DNA from: Tubulanus polymorphus
Taxonomy: Eukaryota > Animalia > Nemertea
Reading direction: 5' to 3'
DNA length: 64,000 bases
Assembly: GCF_964204645.1 (NCBI RefSeq)
Contig: NC_134029.1
Coordinates: 14,874,950 to 14,938,949, forward strand
The position numbers and the translations under genes were made by a program. The number at the start of each line of letters is the position of its first letter. Position 1 is the first letter of the stretch. Shown piece after piece: positions 33,128 through 46,929 of this stretch. Under the pieces are notes generated by a model. That model saw nothing but the letters and a program-made list of their open reading frames with translations, did not search any database and was not told where the DNA came from.

Positions 33128-36100
33128 CACGTTCGCTGCCGCTGACGAGATAAATCGTCATGGTGGGTGCACCGCAGTTTGCCAGGATATATCGTCATCG
33201 ATTCAATGTCATTTTATAGCGTTATGAATGACCTGGCAAAGGCGACAAACCAACTTACAATTGTCTGGCAGTATGGAGAGACTAAGATATTATTTATGGG
33301 GGTAACTCAAGTCCATATCATTTTTGATGGGTTTCGTGTTTAGGCGACATCGTCGTCATGTCCGTCCGTACGTCCGTCTGTCTGTGGATGTTTCTTTATG
33401 ACACGATTTAAGCTGTTTGTGTGGACTGATTTTTCTGTAAATTTGCACATATATTCTGTACTTGGTGATGGTGCAGCTTGGTTATTATTTGATTCTGATG
33501 TTTATAAGTGCTCTTAATTTGGTTATAAAATAATCAACATTACTCAGTAGTTCAAGCCGCGCTCAATTCACTCGCTGTGTGTGTGTAACACAGAACATGC
33601 TTGTACGTGGAGATATGATACGCTCGTACAACACGCCCGCGCTGATCTAGTCTAACGCCTTGCGCGCGGTATTCGATATTAATTGGCCAGCTGAGATTTC
33701 CGCCCCAAATATAACACTCGAATTTACTGAGTACAGGAGCTTCAATCACAGTCGCAAGAAATATTGATGACAAAGTCAAAGTTTAACTACATATTCCACA
33801 AAACAAACGAGGCATTTTGATGAAAAGAGTTTATTTTGTTTGAAAAAAACATCATTTAAACACCGAAATATTATCAGCGCACCACGGCAGGTAGCGTGCA
33901 TCCACTATTTTCCGCAGTTATAACATCACACGCCCAAGATCTGTGCTTTGATCAACGCTGAGAACTAATCTTAAGTAATTAAAGATGGCATTAAGTGTCA
34001 TCAATTGAACCCGTCATTTTTAGCCCACTTGGGACTTTAGTCCCAGCGGGCTATTGCGTTCACTTTTCGTCCGTCGTCCGTCCGTCCCTAGACGGAATCC
34101 AGTTATTTTGGGAAGTTTTGAAGACGCTTCAAGGTAACGTCTTGATATTTAGGTTACACATGTATCTACCCTAGACACATCTTCAGCCCAAAAACTGGCC
34201 CTGTCAGAATCAAGATGGCCGACTAGCAGCCATTGTTGTTCGCCAAAATCAGCACTTTTTACACATTTTTGAACTTTTTGAGGGAAATTTTGAAGACGCT
34301 TTGATCAATTACCTTGATCTTTCGGATATATGTGAATCCCCCCAGGGCCCATCAACATAACAAAAATTGGGTCGGTCGGACTCAAGATGGCCGTCCTATG
34401 ACCTTTTTAGCGCCCAAAAATGTTAATTTTGGCCCGAATTCTGAGTCCTGTAGCTTCCTACTGGTTTGCCATTTCTCATTGCAATTTGTGATGGGTATTC
34501 TTTGGAAAGGGATGTTTTATACCTGAGACAGGTATTTTTCATCAGCCAATTATGACGCAATTGGTGGCCATCTTTGTGTCACCAGTACTCATTCATTAGT
34601 GGGAAAAAGTTTTTCCACATTTTACTGATACCTAAGCGTATTTTGCTACCACAATCAATTAGAAAGTTGTGGCTCATAACGTGTTCTATGATTGTGGTGA
34701 GTTTCAAGGTAATTGGATTTCGTATATGGCCACCAGGGGGCGTTGAATAATACGATATCTTCGCATTTCTTTATTATATTCGTACCAATGCATATCTGGT
34801 AACCACAATCAATTGGAAAGTTGTAGCTCATGACATCATCTATGATTGTTGCGAGTTTCAAGGACATCAATTATCACAATCAATTACAAAATTGTAGCTG
34901 CTGACATGTTCTATGATTTTGGTGAGTTTCAAGGTCGTTGGTTTTTGTAAATGGTCACCAGGGGGCGTTGAATATTGAAATTGTTAGATTGTTGAGCATT
35001 TGAAACCACTTCCCAAGTGGGCATGGTGTCCCTGGACCCCTAGTTATGTCCTTACGTTAACAATCGTTGGAGCCCGGCTATCTTGTATTTAGTTTGCAAC
35101 ACTGATGATTTTGATATTTTTGATACTTAGTGCACAACGCGAGTCGATTGCATTGTCAGCAATAAAGTGTTAACCGTTTACCATTTATGTATCAATTACG
35201 TGTAGTAATAGATAACGCAAGACCCACAACAGACCCACATTTTAATTGTCGAATGGTCATGCGAAGACATGGTGTCACATTCAAAAACGTTTTAAGCTTG
35301 GGCCTAAATTGCTTTACTATTAAAAGCTATCATGAATGAAACTATTGAAAGCCACAATCACTCAGTTGCTGAACTTGATTTCAACCGTAACTGGCCGTCC
35401 TGGTTTAATATCTACTTCCCTGAAATTTGAAAAACTTATATAGCATCTTCTGATTTTGTTTGTCCCGAGTAGTTAATGTTCAAGTTTTAGTTGTTTTATG
35501 TCATTGCCTCATGGGATCAAAATTTTCAAGTCCAAAATGTCCATAATTAAACTTGCGTAACTGTCGTTTTTCCGCTGGTGAATATTGTTTTCCTGTTCCA
35601 CTTGGTCAATCGTGAGACTAGCTATAGGCCCGCAGGGTACAGCTAGCAGTTGACCTTAAGGTTCAGTCTGTAAACAGCTTCAAGACACTCATGTTGAATC
35701 ATGGATGTGAAGCATGCACCCAATGGACTGCATGCCATGGGTTCTTGGCGATTGTGCCGAGAGCAGACTGTATCCAGTGGCCATGTATATTAGCTGATGT
35801 TTTACCTTGATAGTATGGATTAAACATGCACCGCATCAACGCAGTTATTTCCATTCACTTTTCAAGTTCTAAGTCAATACCGAAACTCATCATGGAATGT
35901 TTCTTTCTGGTTAAAACTTTTATTCTTTTAGATTTTTATTTGATTTTTCACACTTTTCACTGGCGATGGGGACAAGAAAAAATTGTGAATCTCTTCACCA
36001 GTGCCAGTGACAAGTTATCTCGTCATTGGTTTTTTTATACTAAAATAGATCAGTGTATTGATTTATCAATGAACAAATAGTGCTGGCAGCATATAAATTG

Positions 36101-36167
36101 CATAATGTCAAAAATTAGTGTTGGCAATGGCGACCGGACCTTAAACCGGTAGGTGGCAGCGAACGTG
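33128..36167. mobile_element. Non-autonomous TTAA-targeting (piggyBac-type) element nested in the transposase
   Basis: TTAA|CACGTTCGCTGCC ... GGCAGCGAACGTG|TTAA; removal restores LTAVVNTSIAYN. Confidence 0.85.
34018..35044 (+). mobile_element. Helentron/DINE-like element, shorter copy
   Basis: Near-identical to 26366-27653 with fewer tandem units and a shorter GTCC tract. Confidence 0.72.
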
Positions 36168-38038
36168 TTAATACCTCTATTGCTTACAATTCAATACATC
36201 CACTTGCATCGCAAATGGAGCACCAAGATTTTATTGAATCGGTAATTGATGGGCTACTCAATGGTGTGATACCACTACTTGCAAGAGGCCAGGGAAATCT
36301 AGTGCTCACACTATACCTGATAGGCTAACTGGTAGGCATTTTGTGGGTATACATGAAAGCAAAGGGCCTGATTGTGCTGTGTGTAGTGACAGGACTGTAA
36401 AACGAATCCAAACATAGTACTACTGCAAGCAGTGTGAGGTGGCAATGTGTAGTGTCGACTGCTTCGATAGATTCCATACACAGGTTGTGGAAAAATAAGT
36501 GTGTAAAATCCCCATGAAAAACAAAAATAACAAAATTTTTGCTGAGATGTATAATAACTGTATTGTATTTTATAGTTGTACAAGTTAATATTTAAAAAAA
36601 AGTTGTGAATTCTGAAAATCTTGTAGTATCTATGATTTTTTCAATTTTTCGGGTTGCGAAGTCAAATTTGGGGTCAAATGTCACAGAAAGGTCATGTCAA
36701 CGGTTAAAAAGAATTGGCAAGTTTTGGGAACCAATATAAGCTACTTAAAACTTCTGTACTGTGCCTGTCTAAAGTGCAGTAAAGTGTCTATTGTTATGCA
36801 AACTAATCTGGAACTGGGAGCGACTTAGTAATTCGGCAGAAAAAGGTTCAGTCTGTGAACAGCTTCAAAACACCCGCCTTGGATCATGGAAATGAAGCTT
36901 GTATCACATCATAGCCAATTTCCTAAATTGGCATGTCATGGGTCAATTCTTAGCAGTTGTGCTGTGAGCAGACTGTGGTTATGGTAAGTGTACTTACTGA
37001 CATTTTACCTACCGTATTTTCCGGTGTATAAGTCGAGTTTTTGAGACAAAAAATCTTGTCCAAAAAACGCAGGTCGACTTATACACCGGCCACACTTTCG
37101 AAACCGTTTTAAACTTTAGCGTGCCAATAATCGATACACAGCAGTCTAATACTAGACTACAGGCGCACGGTATTCAATCTATACACTATACATTCAACAC
37201 GTGGATATAATACAAACAATGAGCACTAATCCGGTAATTTAGAAACAACAGATCCCAATGATTTAATAATGCAAACAGTGGTAAAGACTCTCAACTTCTA
37301 TGAGAATGACATCGGCATAGCCCTATTCAAATCCAATTAGATTTAACCATTTAATTCCAATCTGGCTTTATTGCGCATTCAAATCAATAAGACAAAGGGA
37401 AAAGATTGATCTTAGATATGACCCACGTGCCATCAGTGCTACTTATAAAAACCTGATTGTAGAATATAAATTATATTGAGCGAGGAGTGTATTTTGAATA
37501 ATATAACCGACAATTGCTTCATGTAAAAGTGAATGTGACGGCTTGCCCTAGTGCCTCTTGGGGGTCTTGATCTTAAACTTAATGGTACACAATTGGGACA
37601 ACATTTGGGGCTGAAACTTATCAAAAAAGTCCATGCAATTAAACGGCCACCAGCGGGAAATAGTCAAAGAGGCTGTATGTTGTCCAATTTGTTAAACTTT
37701 GTACATACGTTGTCTAATATCATTCTTATAGATATAATTGTGGCCACCGTATTGCCGACGCTTTAACCAGAAAACCTGTAAAGCGACTTAGTGACATTCA
37801 ATTGGTGTTCACATTAAAAAAGTGATGTTGTTTCTAAAGGTGATGTTCATGAATAGACGTCGCATTTGAAAAGCGATGTACGCGAAGAGACATCGCTTTT
37901 CTTCAGAGACATAGCTTTTTCCTCGAAGTTGTCCTTTTCTGCAAAAGTAACTTTGCTTTACTCAAAGCATCATCTCCATTTTCGTACACAAAAGGCTAAT
38001 TGATCAAAGGCCAATAATTGGCAGTCATTTTCTTTTAG

Positions 38039-38116
38039 TTTGGTGTTGCTGATAGCGAAGGATTTGTGTGTTTATGGCAAGTTGGGCTTGGCGTGAATAT
38101 GAACAAACCATTCATG
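38039..38116 (+). CDS. DMXL: DmX-like WD40 exon 2 in window
   Basis: ttttag|...|gtatgt; 78 bp, FGVADSEGFVCLWQVGLGVNMNKPFM; phase 0/0. Confidence 0.88.
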
Positions 38117-38274
38117 GTATGTATTACTGCCACATATACAAGTTGAGTTAATTTTGGCATTAAGGGTTCACATGACAAGAATATATCAGCTAAAACATCG
38201 AGCTACTATTTTTCTGATCAAGTCAGTGCCATGGGCATGAATGACTGTGATATGGTAATAATCCATGCATTTGT

Positions 38275-39060
38275 AGAGAGAATCCCACAATTATAACGAA
38301 AAAATCCGAAAATGAAACTTCGAGATAGTAGTATATTTCAACGTTTCAACTATATCCTAATAGTCATCTTCAGGAATAATGAGATACTACAAAAATTATG
38401 AGATATATATACAATCCAGAGACAAAGAGACTAATTCAAGTAATCAGAGATGATACAAACTAAAGGAAAATTTATGTAGAAAAAGTTACACGCTAAAATA
38501 GATTAAAGGGAAGCAAACTAAGGGGTAATTATAAACAACAATAGTGAGTATAAATATAAATTAGAACTTGAAATCAGTAGTAAAAAGACAAACTAGTGGG
38601 CACTTAAATTTAAACAATGGTGAATACAAGTTGAGAGACTAAAATAGATGAGAGAACAAATAACAAATAATCAAAGGGGAATCAAGTGTTGAGTTTAACC
38701 AGTTTACAGAGGAATTTAGATATAAGTTTATTATGGGGTGAATAACCATTGTTAAGGTTTACAACGTTGTTCGAATTTTCAATTATTAATGCAGATTCCA
38801 AAATATGTCTTTTAGTTTTATCGCTGCAAGGGTAAATTAATTCAGCATTAGCGAAATCAAAATTGTGTGAAGTCTGAAATACATGACTAGCAACTCTGCT
38901 TTCAGGTTTAAAGTTTTTTACATCTAACTTATGCTCTTTTATGCGTTGATTAAGGTTCCGACCTGTTTCTCCTATATATACTTTGTCGCAAACGAAGTTC
39001 GGTTTGTTATTAATCAATATGTTACTTAGTATATTATTGTATTTAAAGATAAGTTGTTTA
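38275..39060 (-). mobile_element. Penelope-like retroelement 3' remnant (GIY-YIG endonuclease plus pLTR)
   Basis: VYIGETGRNLNQRIKEH...HNFDF...ILESALI...N; terminal region repeated in inverted orientation at ~39860-39962. Confidence 0.8.
38333..38380 (-). ncRNA. Minimal type I hammerhead ribozyme motif
   Basis: Minus strand ATTATTC-CTGAAGA-T-GACTAT-loop-ATAGTT-GAAACGTT-GAAATAT. Confidence 0.55.
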
Positions 39061-39860
39061 TTTAGTGACGAAGAGAAACTTTAGAATCCTCGAGGAAAGG
39101 TACATACGGTACAATGATAGGTTGTTTATCGGTAGCCAAGGTAGGAGTTCTAAGGTTGTTATTTCTAAAATGCGTACTACAAGCTTTAAGGAGAGCTTTT
39201 TTCAAAGTCTAACCGTAGTGCAAAGGGCAGTTGGTAAAGCAAACAGATCTGCATAATTTAAAGATTAGTAGAATGAACAATGTAATATGTTTTCATCGAT
39301 ATTATAAAAAACTGTACCTCGTGAGCACAGGACCTTAGGTCCTCTAGTCTATATTGCTGTCATGAATTTACTTCAATTTTGTCCAAAGCATACTATAGGA
39401 AAAAAATGTTAGTCAGTTAATTATAGCCACTGCAGTCACTACAGGTCCATTAGCATAATTACCATAATAGGTATTTAATCTCTCAATGAAAATACATATG
39501 TAATGAGAGAGATACTTTATTTCAAATTATGTGCGATTTTCTTTAAAGTTGGTAGTTTCAATATAGGGTTGGTCCAGCAATGAAGCCTATCGACACGGCT
39601 TGACTGTAGCGACCCCATCTTCGTATGGGCAACGTGTGTGCTCTGATCATGGCTGCGGCTGTCTTGATATGCGCGATGGAACCGGTCTGGCTTTACTGCG
39701 GATTATCAGCAAAAAGACCGGCTCAGTATCGCAGCTGTGCCCTTGGATTCGCATCACGCTGTAGCTGCTACGGTTCACTCTTTTAACCCTCAACGAATCT
39801 ACTCGTAAAATACAAAGTACATCTATCACGATTGATAGAACACTATATCCGTATTGAATA

Positions 39861-39910
39861 ATTATTCCTGAAGATGAGTATTAGGATATAAGCGAAACGT
39901 CGAATAAATT
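39861..39910 (+). ncRNA. Minimal type I hammerhead ribozyme motif
   Basis: TTATTC-CTGAAGA-(stem II, degenerate)-GAAACGTC-GAATAA. Confidence 0.55.
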
Positions 39911-40788
39911 ACTCAAAGTTACATTTTTGGACTTTTTCCTTATCATTGTGGGATTCTCTCTACATCCCTCTATCGTTTACTGGTATCTTGAACTTCAACT
40001 CATCTCACCTCTGCACTTCAAGGCTGTGGTAAAACCTCTTAGCCCATAGGCAATTATTATTTGAATAAAATAAAGTTATTAATCGATTTTCATTTAAGTT
40101 GTTATCAGTCCAATTACAAAGTCTTTGAAAGTGATAGACCTGTTCAATTCCCACCACAGAAACAAATGCTTCAGGAATGAAAATTATAAGTCCAATGCTC
40201 TGATCATTATTGCCATCAGACAGATATTGATTGACTTAAAATGATAATGGAAAATTTGACTCTTACCGGTATTTTGTAAGTGATAATATCAATGTAGAAA
40301 GATTTAGCAAATAATGTGCAATACCTGACCATTCCATACATCATCTTTTTCAGTATCCTTGTGAGTTTTATCTGCAAAATGTCAATAAATCATTAATATT
40401 CATGCATAATACATATTAATAACTAGTAAAAAGCTACAAATACTTTTATAACAGTTACATTCAACTGTGATATGAAGTGTATCGTGTATAATGTTTGCAG
40501 ATATCCCTTGATTTTCATATGGTAATCTTAGAAAACAAAGAAGTGATACAAGACATGTACATTGAAAGTGTCTGAGTGTCTGAAACGTCTGAGTGTACTT
40601 TACACTGGAAGTGCACTATTCATAATCAATAACTTTAAGTGGCCAACACTTCTGTCTGTGAAAGCAGAAATCTAGTAACCAGAAAAATATTCTGTGTTCT
40701 AGAAGTGCACAATCAAGAAGGGCCATTTGGGTCTGGTGAAAATGCTCATAGTTTGATATCACTTGTATTTTTATAAAAACTTTTTCAG

Positions 40789-40933
40789 AGTTTAAAATGC
40801 CATAGCAAAACTATGAATGATTTTGCATTCGTTGGATCATCTAGTCTCCTTGCAACAGCTGGTCAATCCAATGATAATAGGAATGTTGCATTGTGGGATA
40901 CATTGGTACCAAAAAGAAGTTCGCTTATTCAAG
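40789..40933 (+). CDS. DMXL: DmX-like WD40 exon 3 in window
   Basis: tttcag|...|gtaggc; SLKCHSKTMNDFAFVGSSSLLATAGQSNDNRNVALWDTLVPKRSSLIQ; the SNDNRNVxLWDTL stretch is characteristic of DMXL. Confidence 0.92.
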
Positions 40934-41052
40934 GTAGGCTCACAGATGAATTGTTTTTTTGGAAGCTGTGGTAGGTTCTAATGGCACATGCTAATTGTTT
41001 ATCGATGGCAGAAAATTGACAAAGAATTGGTTCACTAGAATTAATTCAATAC

Positions 41053-41781
41053 GGGATATCAACAAATTCAAGTTCTGGAATTACAATCGTTTGACGGCGC
41101 TAGTCAGAACCGGAAATTGGAACCTAAATCCACCATGTTCTAGTTCATTGCAATAAAAATCTTGTGCTTCCAAATTTTTAGTTAGCGATATTTTACTTAT
41201 TATACATCGTCACGCGTAATCATTTAAGTCTGATATCCTGACAATGTGTTGGATTCGATAAAACCTCACTTCAAAAGCTAAAAGATCGCTAGAAATGTAA
41301 AAACAATTACCAAGAATCACAAATTTAGCGATGACGCTCAAGCAGCTAACGGAAGTAAAGACAGGTGCCGGATGTCATCACTTTGTTTTTGAGTTCAAGG
41401 CTCTAAGGAGAATTTATTGCTGGCTGATGAATATGAATAATATTAAGAAATAAAATTTTAAAAGGACTACAATCGTAGATCCATAATGAAAATGTGAAAA
41501 GTACCAGAGCTCGAACCGACTTTTTTGATTATTTTAGGACATTTATAGTGATTTCTAGCATTTGCAGTAAGGTTTTATCGTATCCAACCTAACGGTAGGA
41601 TATCATAATTGAAGGATTAATCATGACAATAAATAGTAAGTAAAAAACGCTCATTAAAAACTTGAAGCGAGAGATCTTTAGTGCAAATGAACTAAAACAT
41701 GACGGATTTAGGTTTCAAATTTCCGGTTCAGACTAGTGCCATCAAACGAGTAATTCCAGAACTTGAATTTGTCGATATCCC
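41053..41781. mobile_element. Foldback-type MITE with long imperfect inverted arms
   Basis: GGGATATCAACAAATTCAAGTTCTGGAATTAC... vs ...GTAATTCCAGAACTTGAATTTGTCGATATCCC; complementarity continues well inward. Confidence 0.75.
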
Positions 41782-43000
41782 ATTGGGAAGGGGGCAGTGG
41801 AAATTTGGGTAATTTTCAGAAATTAATTGCCTGTTCATCTTCAGTAACTTCTGCTCTCTTAATTCAGCTAGCACAGTTCTGGCATTCTACTTTGTGCAGG
41901 ACTCATAGCCTAGGCCTAGTGATCTGCACTTGCTTCTCTAGCACGAAACGGCCTGCAATTCTTGATGCACTTTCATGATACTAGACGTATCGGCCCCACT
42001 CCGCGCAGTGGCGCCACCGCGCGGGATTTACGCGAAGCAGCAAACACAAACATGGCCACTCTCAATTTTCAATGAGAGAAATCATGTGTGCATTTCAATT
42101 ATTTCGGCTGTTAGGGTTTTAAGGCACAATATAAGTTGATGATGTATGTGTGATATGGCGATGTTAATTAATGATAATTCTGCAGTGAAGCTAGTGACGA
42201 ACGTTGCCAATTGAGTGTACAGCTGCCAAAAACACTGAAATGTGCGTGGTTGCGTAACTATTTGCAGTGAATTGCAGACGAAACATGAAGCATTAACGGC
42301 CGTTTAAAAAAAAATTATACCAATCGCAATTGTAAAATAAAAATGAGATAGAACCTAAGTTAAAATTCTGGCCATTTCTAAAATGTTATTACTAATTTTT
42401 AGTCAGTGCCGAACGTTTAGTTTTCAAACAATAATGAGGGGTGGTAGGTAGTCATGCAATTCAAGTCATCATTTATATCACGTTACTTCCGTGTTGTTGA
42501 AAATCTCGCGAGTCCTGGACCAAACCCCATTGAACAATGTGATCTGTGTGCTGCCACAAATGCACACAGATCACACTACACTACCCATTACACACTCCAG
42601 TACCCACAGCTTTCATATATCCATCCAAATATTTAGAGTGTCTTTCTTCCTGGGTGTAAGAATTTTGGTAGTTGAAATGTCTACCCCTTTGAAAATTGAA
42701 ATGTCTACCCCTTTGAAAATTGAGGTCAAGAATGGCCGCCAGGGTTGCCATCCATCTTAGATTTCTTTTCATCACAATGCCTACAATCCTTTCCATGTAG
42801 TGTGATCTTTGGGGCAGCTAAAATGGGCTTGTCTTTTCATGTAAGGATATATTAACAGAAAATGAATATTATCGTCACATAGCCTATACCATCTTAACAA
42901 TTTAAAACTTGTTACATCATTACAATGTAAATCTTTCTGTAAAACTTTGAATACTGGATCATTCTTCTTGTTATTTCATTATTATTTAATTTTTGTTTAA

Positions 43001-43288
43001 CCCTTTCAGTGCGTCTACACCGCAGTGCGGTGTATGAATCAGTGATGTATTTTGCTAGTACTGCGCACTGCGGTGTATTGATGTAATTAGTAATTAGTTT
43101 TTATCTCTATTGAAAGATGGCAGCACCTGTCAAACATAGTGAAATACTAGTAACTAACAATACACCGCGCCGCGGTATAGACGCACTATGGTGGTATTCC
43201 CATTATTCAACACACAAGGGTGAAATTTTTTTAAATTTTCAAATTATCTCCAGCACTATAGGGTATTGATTAGTCAGCACTGAAAGGG
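43001..43288. mobile_element. piggyBac-type MITE
   Basis: TTAA|CCCTTTCAGTGC ... GCACTGAAAGGG|TTAA. Confidence 0.85.
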
Positions 43289-46200
43289 TTAAGTGGGTTA
43301 TTCAGTTCCATTCAGCCTATTGTATACACAATTGCTAGTTTTCTGCCGAAACAACGGTTTGATGAAATTAACTCGGACCCTGATTATCACCTTAACAGCA
43401 TTATTGATACTGATTTTGAATTACATGATTCAGAGTCTTCATATCTAGAAATACCTGAAGTACATAGTCTTACTGATAATGGTTGCAAAATGAATGTTGT
43501 TCACTTAAAGGCCGACTTCAAGTATCAAAGGCCCATCATCTGTCAGACATGGCAGTATCTCTGAACCCATAGAGCAGTCAAGATCTCCAGCGTTGAAACT
43601 GGAATTTCCCTAATATCTCTGCCCGTTAACTTATTTGGACCCTCCTTTTGGTCAGGGATATGTGTAAACATGTAATATAGTCATATCTATGGCTTAAAAT
43701 TTAGTTTAAGCCCTCCTTCATGCATAAATTAGCAATTTACTTAGTGCATTCTTCAAATTTTCAAATCTTTGTATGACAAGCTGGGAGGAGTTATTCACCT
43801 CACCACAGAGAGCACAGTGACATGTATTCATAAACCTATATAAACAAAACAGTTGCAGCTCTCTAGTGCGGGGGGGTTAGAAAACTTTTGACCTGAAAGT
43901 TGTATCAAACTGAAAACTTATATATCGTCTTAACCCTATATCAGTAACAATGTGTGAAAATTTCATCAAAATCAGACAAAAATTGAATAAATTGAAAATA
44001 CAGATTTTATGTTCAACTCAATTATTACTGGAGGAATTCTTATCAAAAAACATCTACAAAATCAGCGAATTCTAATTAAGAAGATTACTTTGACCAAAAT
44101 GTTATCAAACATATACGAAAAAAGTTTTTTAGGACGTCGTGGTAACACGACGTCCTGTTGGAATCGTGTAAGGCAGTTTGTTAAAACGTAGATAATTTCT
44201 CGGGAGTGACTGAAAGCTTGGTGCTGTAACTTGCACATTATTTTAGTCATGAATTTTAAAGGATTGAGATTTGTTTCTCCTGGAATTCTATGCAGTAATT
44301 GCTGAGAAATTTCTAAAAAACATGCGATTTTGGCCCATTTTGGTTGTACGTCGTGGTCGAAGAGTTAATGCTATGCTGTTGTTATGGGATACCGCAATAA
44401 AAACAAATTATACAGATGATGTTTGATGGAGATATGAATATTTATTAAAAAAGAATATATATGTTTTCAGTCGGCATAAATTGGTGGTGTTTGTTTTTCA
44501 TTTTATTGAAAAAAATAAATATTTGCGGGACTGTTCTAGCTGGACAGGAAGTGGAGTAGTCGGAGCAGTACACGTACACGTGCGCCGTTTTCCAAGAATC
44601 AAGTTTCCGTAGTAAGTATTGTTCAATTTATTTTGTGAATTGTGTATCTCGCATGTCTCAAAACATCACACGCTTGCACTGCTTTATCGGGAAAACTTAT
44701 GAGATCGTAAATTAAGATGAGAAGCAGCACTTAATTCGCCGGGAATTAAACCCGGAGGATCCATATTTCTTAGTTATAGGTCAATTTAAGCGGTTGCGAA
44801 GCCAGTCGTTGTATAATACGTTCCTTAATTTCTTGATATGCAAGTCGGTTTCGTCTCTTGTGAATAACAATTCGATCGACTGGGTTGAAATGAGGCCTAC
44901 GTAGTATGTGCTCGATCCTCCTCGGCTTTACAATACAGTCATAGCCTAAGAGTGACAGCACAGTGCACACAACACAGCATAGCAGTGAAGTAGGCCTACA
45001 CTATACAGCAGTATACACTGCCTATCTCGCTTGTTGTTAAGACATCCGCCCTCAGCAGGGATTTGAACCTAATGGCCTCGCTACACTCAGCCACGGCAAT
45101 TCAATTTAATTTATTCATAAAATCTGTACATACAAAGATTGTCAATGAACATAAGCAAGGAGAAAGAAAAGCAGTCACAAACAAATGAAATGCTTACAAA
45201 AAATACAATTGAAACATAACAATGAAAATGGAGCACCAAGTTGAGACAGATGATGCAACTGAGTTCTTAAAGGAGCCACACTTAACAACTCTATTTACAA
45301 TATTATTTACAAGCAATTTGTTTAAAGCCGAATTTTGTAAAAATGCCTAGGTTTATCAGGCACGAACCCCCACAAATTTAGTATCAGTTTGAAAAAAAAT
45401 TTAGAAAAAAGTTTTCATATTTCAAAGAAGAACAGGTTATAGAGCCAGGTTTAAAAAAAAATACATTCATGTCCACACATACGTGACGCCATCTATCATG
45501 AAAACTATGTACTAAGTGTCAACTCCAGTCAACGGGCTTTTCAAGCAATTATTTTGGACACTTTCATAGCTTAGATTGCAGCTAATATTGAAAATGTGTG
45601 GACCAGAGGTACTAACGGTTAAGGTATTCATTTCATTAGTTAACCACTTCCGCAATTTCTTTGAAGAAAGTTCCTCAAATCATCCCCACTTAATCTTAAA
45701 AAATTAAGACAAAACTCTAGTTTTGCATTTTCATATCTACCAAATACAATATGAAATATTTGTTGATTGATTTTGTTTTGTTTTTCAGACTCTGAGAGCA
45801 CCAAAGAAACAAAAAACTACGAGATTCTTGCCATTGAAAAGATAGATTCAACCGATGTAAACTTTTTATGCGACCTCGGTGAAAACACAGATTGTTTCAG
45901 TATTAAGATACCTAAACCTATGCATTGTAATTATTACCAATTGCAAACAGTATCATTCGAACTAAAACAGTTTTTGAAACATGGTTTAACACACATTCGG
46001 TACAATTTGATTAGGTGTCTAATTAATATTATGTCTTATACATAACGTGTACATTCATTTCCTGTGTTGAAAAAAATCGGCAAACAAGATCAGTTGTTAA
46101 GTTAGCAAATAAAACTATTTTTACATGTTTCTATATATTCAATCTTGGTGTTCTTCATGCAGTTCAGCAGGATATCTGGCCCACACCTCCATCCATCAGC

Positions 46201-46929
46201 TTTCAAAATTGAGATTGTGACACTATATGGGATAACATTCTAGTCAAGATTTCAGTTTCATGGAATAACATTACCAAGGACTTGTATGAACATTTCTGTA
46301 CAGTTCACATCTATTTCGAAACAAATGCAGTAAAAATTACCGCTAGATTCCCTATCATACCTAGGGGTCTGCAGGCAAATGATCCTTGGTTTTGTTAATT
46401 TGATGGAGATTTGTCCCTCCAATGAATTGATAATTTGCTACGGCACATTTGAAATTGAAAAATGCTGCAGGTTTAAAAGAATTGACATGGGTTGCTGTCG
46501 CCACCTACTGCATTCTATGATAGAATTGCTGTAGGTCAGATTTGTCCAGATTTTAGGCCTGGTACTGTTACAAATGACGCCAACTTGATCCATCTAATAG
46601 TTACCGTAAGTGTTTATGAAACTGCTTCTAGTCAGCATTGTTTTCTCCACCCATATAATATTTATGTTGCCCATGAAAGTAAGTGCATACATATACAAAC
46701 GACGTCCTGTTAGAAAGTGTGTTTCTAGTTTTTATGTGTCACTGCGATACTGTGTGATACTGGTGTGAGCCAGATGTGTTCCAGTAAACATTTTAAACAA
46801 ACTACCGCTTGCTAGTTGCTAGTGGGATGTGGCCTGCACTGCAAATCTCAAATACCAACCGGTGGGTTTTTGGACCTCCATTTGAGTCAGCCTTTAAATA
46901 GCCATAGCATACTGAGTAAAGTATCAATG

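Larger units (their letters stand above)
31499..36500 (+). pseudogene. piggyBac (PGBD4-like) transposase, decayed and interrupted
   Basis: Acidic N-terminus, TPIDYF...LVTETNRYA, MSRNKFQLISSFLHF, KFGVKRWCLCDANGY, YMGGVDRDDQ; Cys-rich tail CAVC...YYCKQCEVAMC..CFDRFH at ~36370-36480. Confidence 0.85.

Noticed and set aside
42672-42722. 25-bp tandem duplication (EMSTPLKI twice)
   Set aside because: Local slippage in a decayed repeat; likewise the 15-bp AKIDS duplication at ~54385-54415.
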